From Azolla caroliniana (lineage: Eukaryota; Plantae; Polypodiophyta), in assembly GCA_043228905.1 (NCBI GenBank), contig JBHGNT010000014.1, forward strand, positions 11,036,001-11,100,000: a stretch of DNA of 64,000 nt. Direction: 5' to 3'. A program made the translations under genes and the position numbers. Under the pieces are notes generated by a model that had not been told where the DNA came from, made no database searches, and was given only the letters and a program-made list of their open reading frames with translations. Positions 60,639 through 64,000 of the stretch are shown here, one piece after another. The first letter of the stretch is position 1. The number at the start of each line of letters is the position of its first letter.

Positions 60639-63600
60639 TGTTGGGAGACAGGTCCCTCCGAATGGGAAGGGAGAAGAACAGTGCTAATGAACAAACTCAG
60701 CCGAGGCCGATAGACCGAGGCCGAAACCGGATGGCGCAGACCCTGTGAGAACCGGATGAGGAGTACCCAGCTTCGGAGAGTCGGATGGTGCAGACCCGGT
60801 GAGAACCGGATGAGGAGTACCCGGCTACAGAGAGCCGGATGGTGCAGACCTGGTGAGAACCGGATGAAGAGACATATTCATAAATATGTTTTCTGAGAGT
60901 CCATCGTGGCTATATTTGTAAATAGCCGAAAAGTCATATTAGTATAAATATGACTTAGGGCAAACTTTTAGAGTGTGTTGTCATTCTTGTTGGTACAAGG
61001 AGAGAGAGAGCGCGTAACAGTGTACAGAGAGAGAGAGAGAAAGAGGTTGTTGCCTCTGTTGTAACCGCCGCCTGTGGCGAAGATCGTGAGCACGAGGTCG
61101 TTGCTTCCGTGAGCTCACTGTTGTAATTATTGTGAAATAGTGATAGTTAGTAGTTAGTGGACTGCCATGGTTTTTCCCTCTCAGGGTTTTCCACGTTAAA
61201 CATCCTGTTTACCCTTCTCTCCATTGTGTCGTGTTTTTTTATTTCCCGTTTTCTGTGCATGATTCTAAGCTCGGTTGTGGTCGAGCGTTGTGTATAGTGG
61301 ACGTGTAGTTCCCGACAAGTGGTATCAGAGCGAAACGACACAGAAAATGGACGATTCGTTGGGAGGCATGTTCAAGCTCATCGGCTCCAACTATTCGGTA
61401 TGGAAGTCGAAGATGAGGGACATGCTCGTGGTTAAAGATCTTTGGTTGCCAGTTCAGTTTGGGGACAAGAGATCAGACAAAATCGACGCCACGATATGGG
61501 AGGTAATGCACATGAAGACAACGGCTTACATACGATGCTTCATCGACATGAGCCTATACAACAACTTCAATGAAGAGAGCAAGGCTCATGAGCTCTAGGA
61601 GAAGATTGGCATTATGTTTCAAAACAAAAATGTTGTTAATCAGGTTTCGGTGTTCCAGAAGCTAGTAAGACTCCGGTACCAAGATGGCTCCAGCATGGCG
61701 GACCACATGAATGCCTTCCAGGGGCTGATCCACCAGGCAACATCATTGGAAGTACCTCTCGCCCACGAGGTACTAGCACTACTCCTGCTCGGTTCCCTCC
61801 CAGATAGCTGGGAGACATTGGTTGTCACCTTGGGCAACGCCGGGCCGGAAGGAAAACGGTTATCCCTAGCAAGAGTGAAGTCGCATCGGAAAGATAAGGA
61901 TACGAGCTCCGACTCCAAAGCGCTCCTTACCGAATCGGAACGTGGAAGACATAGAAACCGTAGTCCCCAGAACCGGGAGAAGTCAGGGACACGGTCAAAG
62001 TGAAGGGGGAGGCCTACTTGCTTCTATAGCGGCAAGCCGGGACACTTCCAAAAGAAATGTCGGCATTTCCGAATGGACAAGGAAACCGACGGTACCGATT
62101 CGAAGCAGATACCGGACCGGAATGGTAAAGACAGGAGGGGAACGGACCGGAAGGGGACGACGGCAATCGCGGCAAGTGAAGAAGAGTTTATGCTCATCAC
62201 CAAGGAGAGTGAGAGAAACCTTGCCGGCGACGAGATGACCTGGGTGGTAGACTCCGGAGTGTCGTTCCACCTTACCCTGGACCGGAAATGCTTCTCATCC
62301 TACTCAGCCGGTGATCACGGCTGTGTCCGGATGGGGAATGAAGGTACATGCCAAATTGTCGGCATAGGAGACGTGTGGCTAACAACGCCAACCGGATGCA
62401 AGCTGCTGCTGAAGGATGTCCGACACGTTCCGGAGGTTCGTCTGAACCTGATATCAGCCGGTCGGCTAGACGATGAAGGCTACACGGGTACCATCCGGAA
62501 CGGTGTCATGAAGTTCTGCAAAGGGAGCCTGATTGTGGCTCGGGCCTGGAAGGTCAACACTCTGTACTTGATGAATCCCGGTTATGTTCGAAGGAAGTGA
62601 ACGTGGCATCCGACACTGTCGGTGAGCTGTGGCACAAAAGGCTGTGTCACATGAGTGAGAAGGGGGTGAAGAGGCTTGCAGACGACAACCTCATTCCAAT
62701 GAAGAACGTGCACTTGGAGAAGTGCACTGATTGTCTGGCCGATAAGCAAAACCGGACCTCCTTCCGACCAAGGCCACCGATGAGACGTATTGCACCACTA
62801 GAGTTGGTGCATACTGATGTGTGTCAAGTGGACACAAAGTCACATGCAGGATCGCAGTACTTCGTGACGTTCATAGATGACCGCAGCCAGAAGCTATGGG
62901 CCACGCCGTTGAAGACCAAGGATCAAGTGTTATCAGTCTTCAAAGAGCTCCACGCGAGAGTGGAAAGAGAAACCGGTCGGAAGCTGAAGGCGGTTCGAGT
63001 AGATAACGGAGGAGAATACCGGGGGCAATCCGAGGAGTACTGTCGCTCGATGGGAATCCGGCTCAAATTTACCAAGCCGAAGACACAGGAACTAAACGGA
63101 CTGGCCGAGAGGATGAACCGGACCTTAATGGAGAGGGTCCGGAGTATGCTAGCGCATGCAAAACTACCCAAGAAGTTTTGGGCTGAGGCATTGTCGATGG
63201 CAACATATGTGATAAATAGATCACCCTCAATACCCTTGGATGGAGACACGCCACAGAGAGTATGGACCTGTAAGGAAGTATCCTACCGGCATCTGAAGGT
63301 GTTCGGGTGTCTCGCGTACATGCATGTAGCTAAGGACCGGAGAGGAAAGTTATATCCAAAGACCCGGCCATGCATATTCCTCGGTTACGGTGACGATGAG
63401 TTCGGCTACCGAGTGTGGGACCTGGTCGTCAAGAAGGTATTCCGGAGTCGAGATATTATCTTCATGGAGGACAAGACGCTCGCCGATTGGGAGTTGGAGA
63501 AGAAGATAATGAACTCTGAGTCGACCGGTAAGGATCGACTCTACGATGAGCAGACCCAACCGGCAAGAGACCGATTAGCACTCGAGGGACCAGCTGGTTA

Positions 63601-64000
63601 CGGTGAGGATACTGAACAAGCTGAAGAAGAAGTGGAGCAAGCTGAAACCGGAACCGGCCAAGACCCCGAATCGGATTCAGATGAAGAGCAAATGGAGGAG
63701 CCGGTTACCGAAGCCCGAAGACGGAGATATCCTCTCAGAGAGAGAAGGGCGCCCCGGAGATTTCCGGATGTAGAGCATGTTCTGCTAACCAATGAGGGGG
63801 AGCTGGAAAGCTTCGAAGAAGCGAAGGATGACACCCACAGCCGCAAATGGTTAAGTGCCATACAGGATGAGATGGATTCCCTGCATGAGAACCATACGTA
63901 CGAATTGGTGGAGTTGCCGAAAGGAAAGCGGGCACTCCGAAACAAGTGGGTGTACAAGTTGAAACCGGGAGATGCCGGCAACCCCCCGAGATACAAAGCC
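60639..64000 (+). mobile_element. Ty1/copia (family D, Tork-like): 5' LTR 60639-61317, PBS 61320-61331, gag-PR-INT-RT start, running off the window
   Basis: PBS TGGTATCAGAGC, gag from ATG 61347, LLLLGSLPDSWETLV, WVVDSGVSFH, LWHKRLCH, FVTFIDD, KWLSAIQDEMDSL; a few in-frame stops. Confidence 0.92.

Overview
Plant nuclear genomic DNA, probably from a non-seed land plant such as a fern, lycophyte or bryophyte (inferred from the transposon lineages present). The only intact host gene is a 3-exon ZIP-family Zn/Fe transporter on the minus strand (487-2271, 348 aa). Its largely TE-free upstream region carries two perfect ZDRE elements (RTGTCGACAY). From about 6.5 kb to the end, the window is a nested, mostly degenerate transposon array: several Ty1/copia elements and solo LTRs, chromoviral and non-chromoviral Ty3/gypsy elements, two RTE/RTEX-like LINEs, a truncated L1, a decayed Sola-like DDD transposase and a MITE family. 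Many insertion boundaries could be fixed by TSDs, PBS or PPT. The most notable observations are: (1) a tRNA-Trp-primed gypsy lineage whose five readable junction flanks are all 4-bp N-CG-N sites; (2) antisense tRNA-like Pol III A/B boxes in the U3 of two unrelated LTR families; (3) a Sola-like transposase with a BAH-like C-terminal domain, next to a palindromic 54-bp array, plus GGG-ended MITEs with a 4-bp TSD; (4) a covarying 3' stem-loop shared by two diverged LINEs. All family assignments come from motif recognition by eye, not from database searches.
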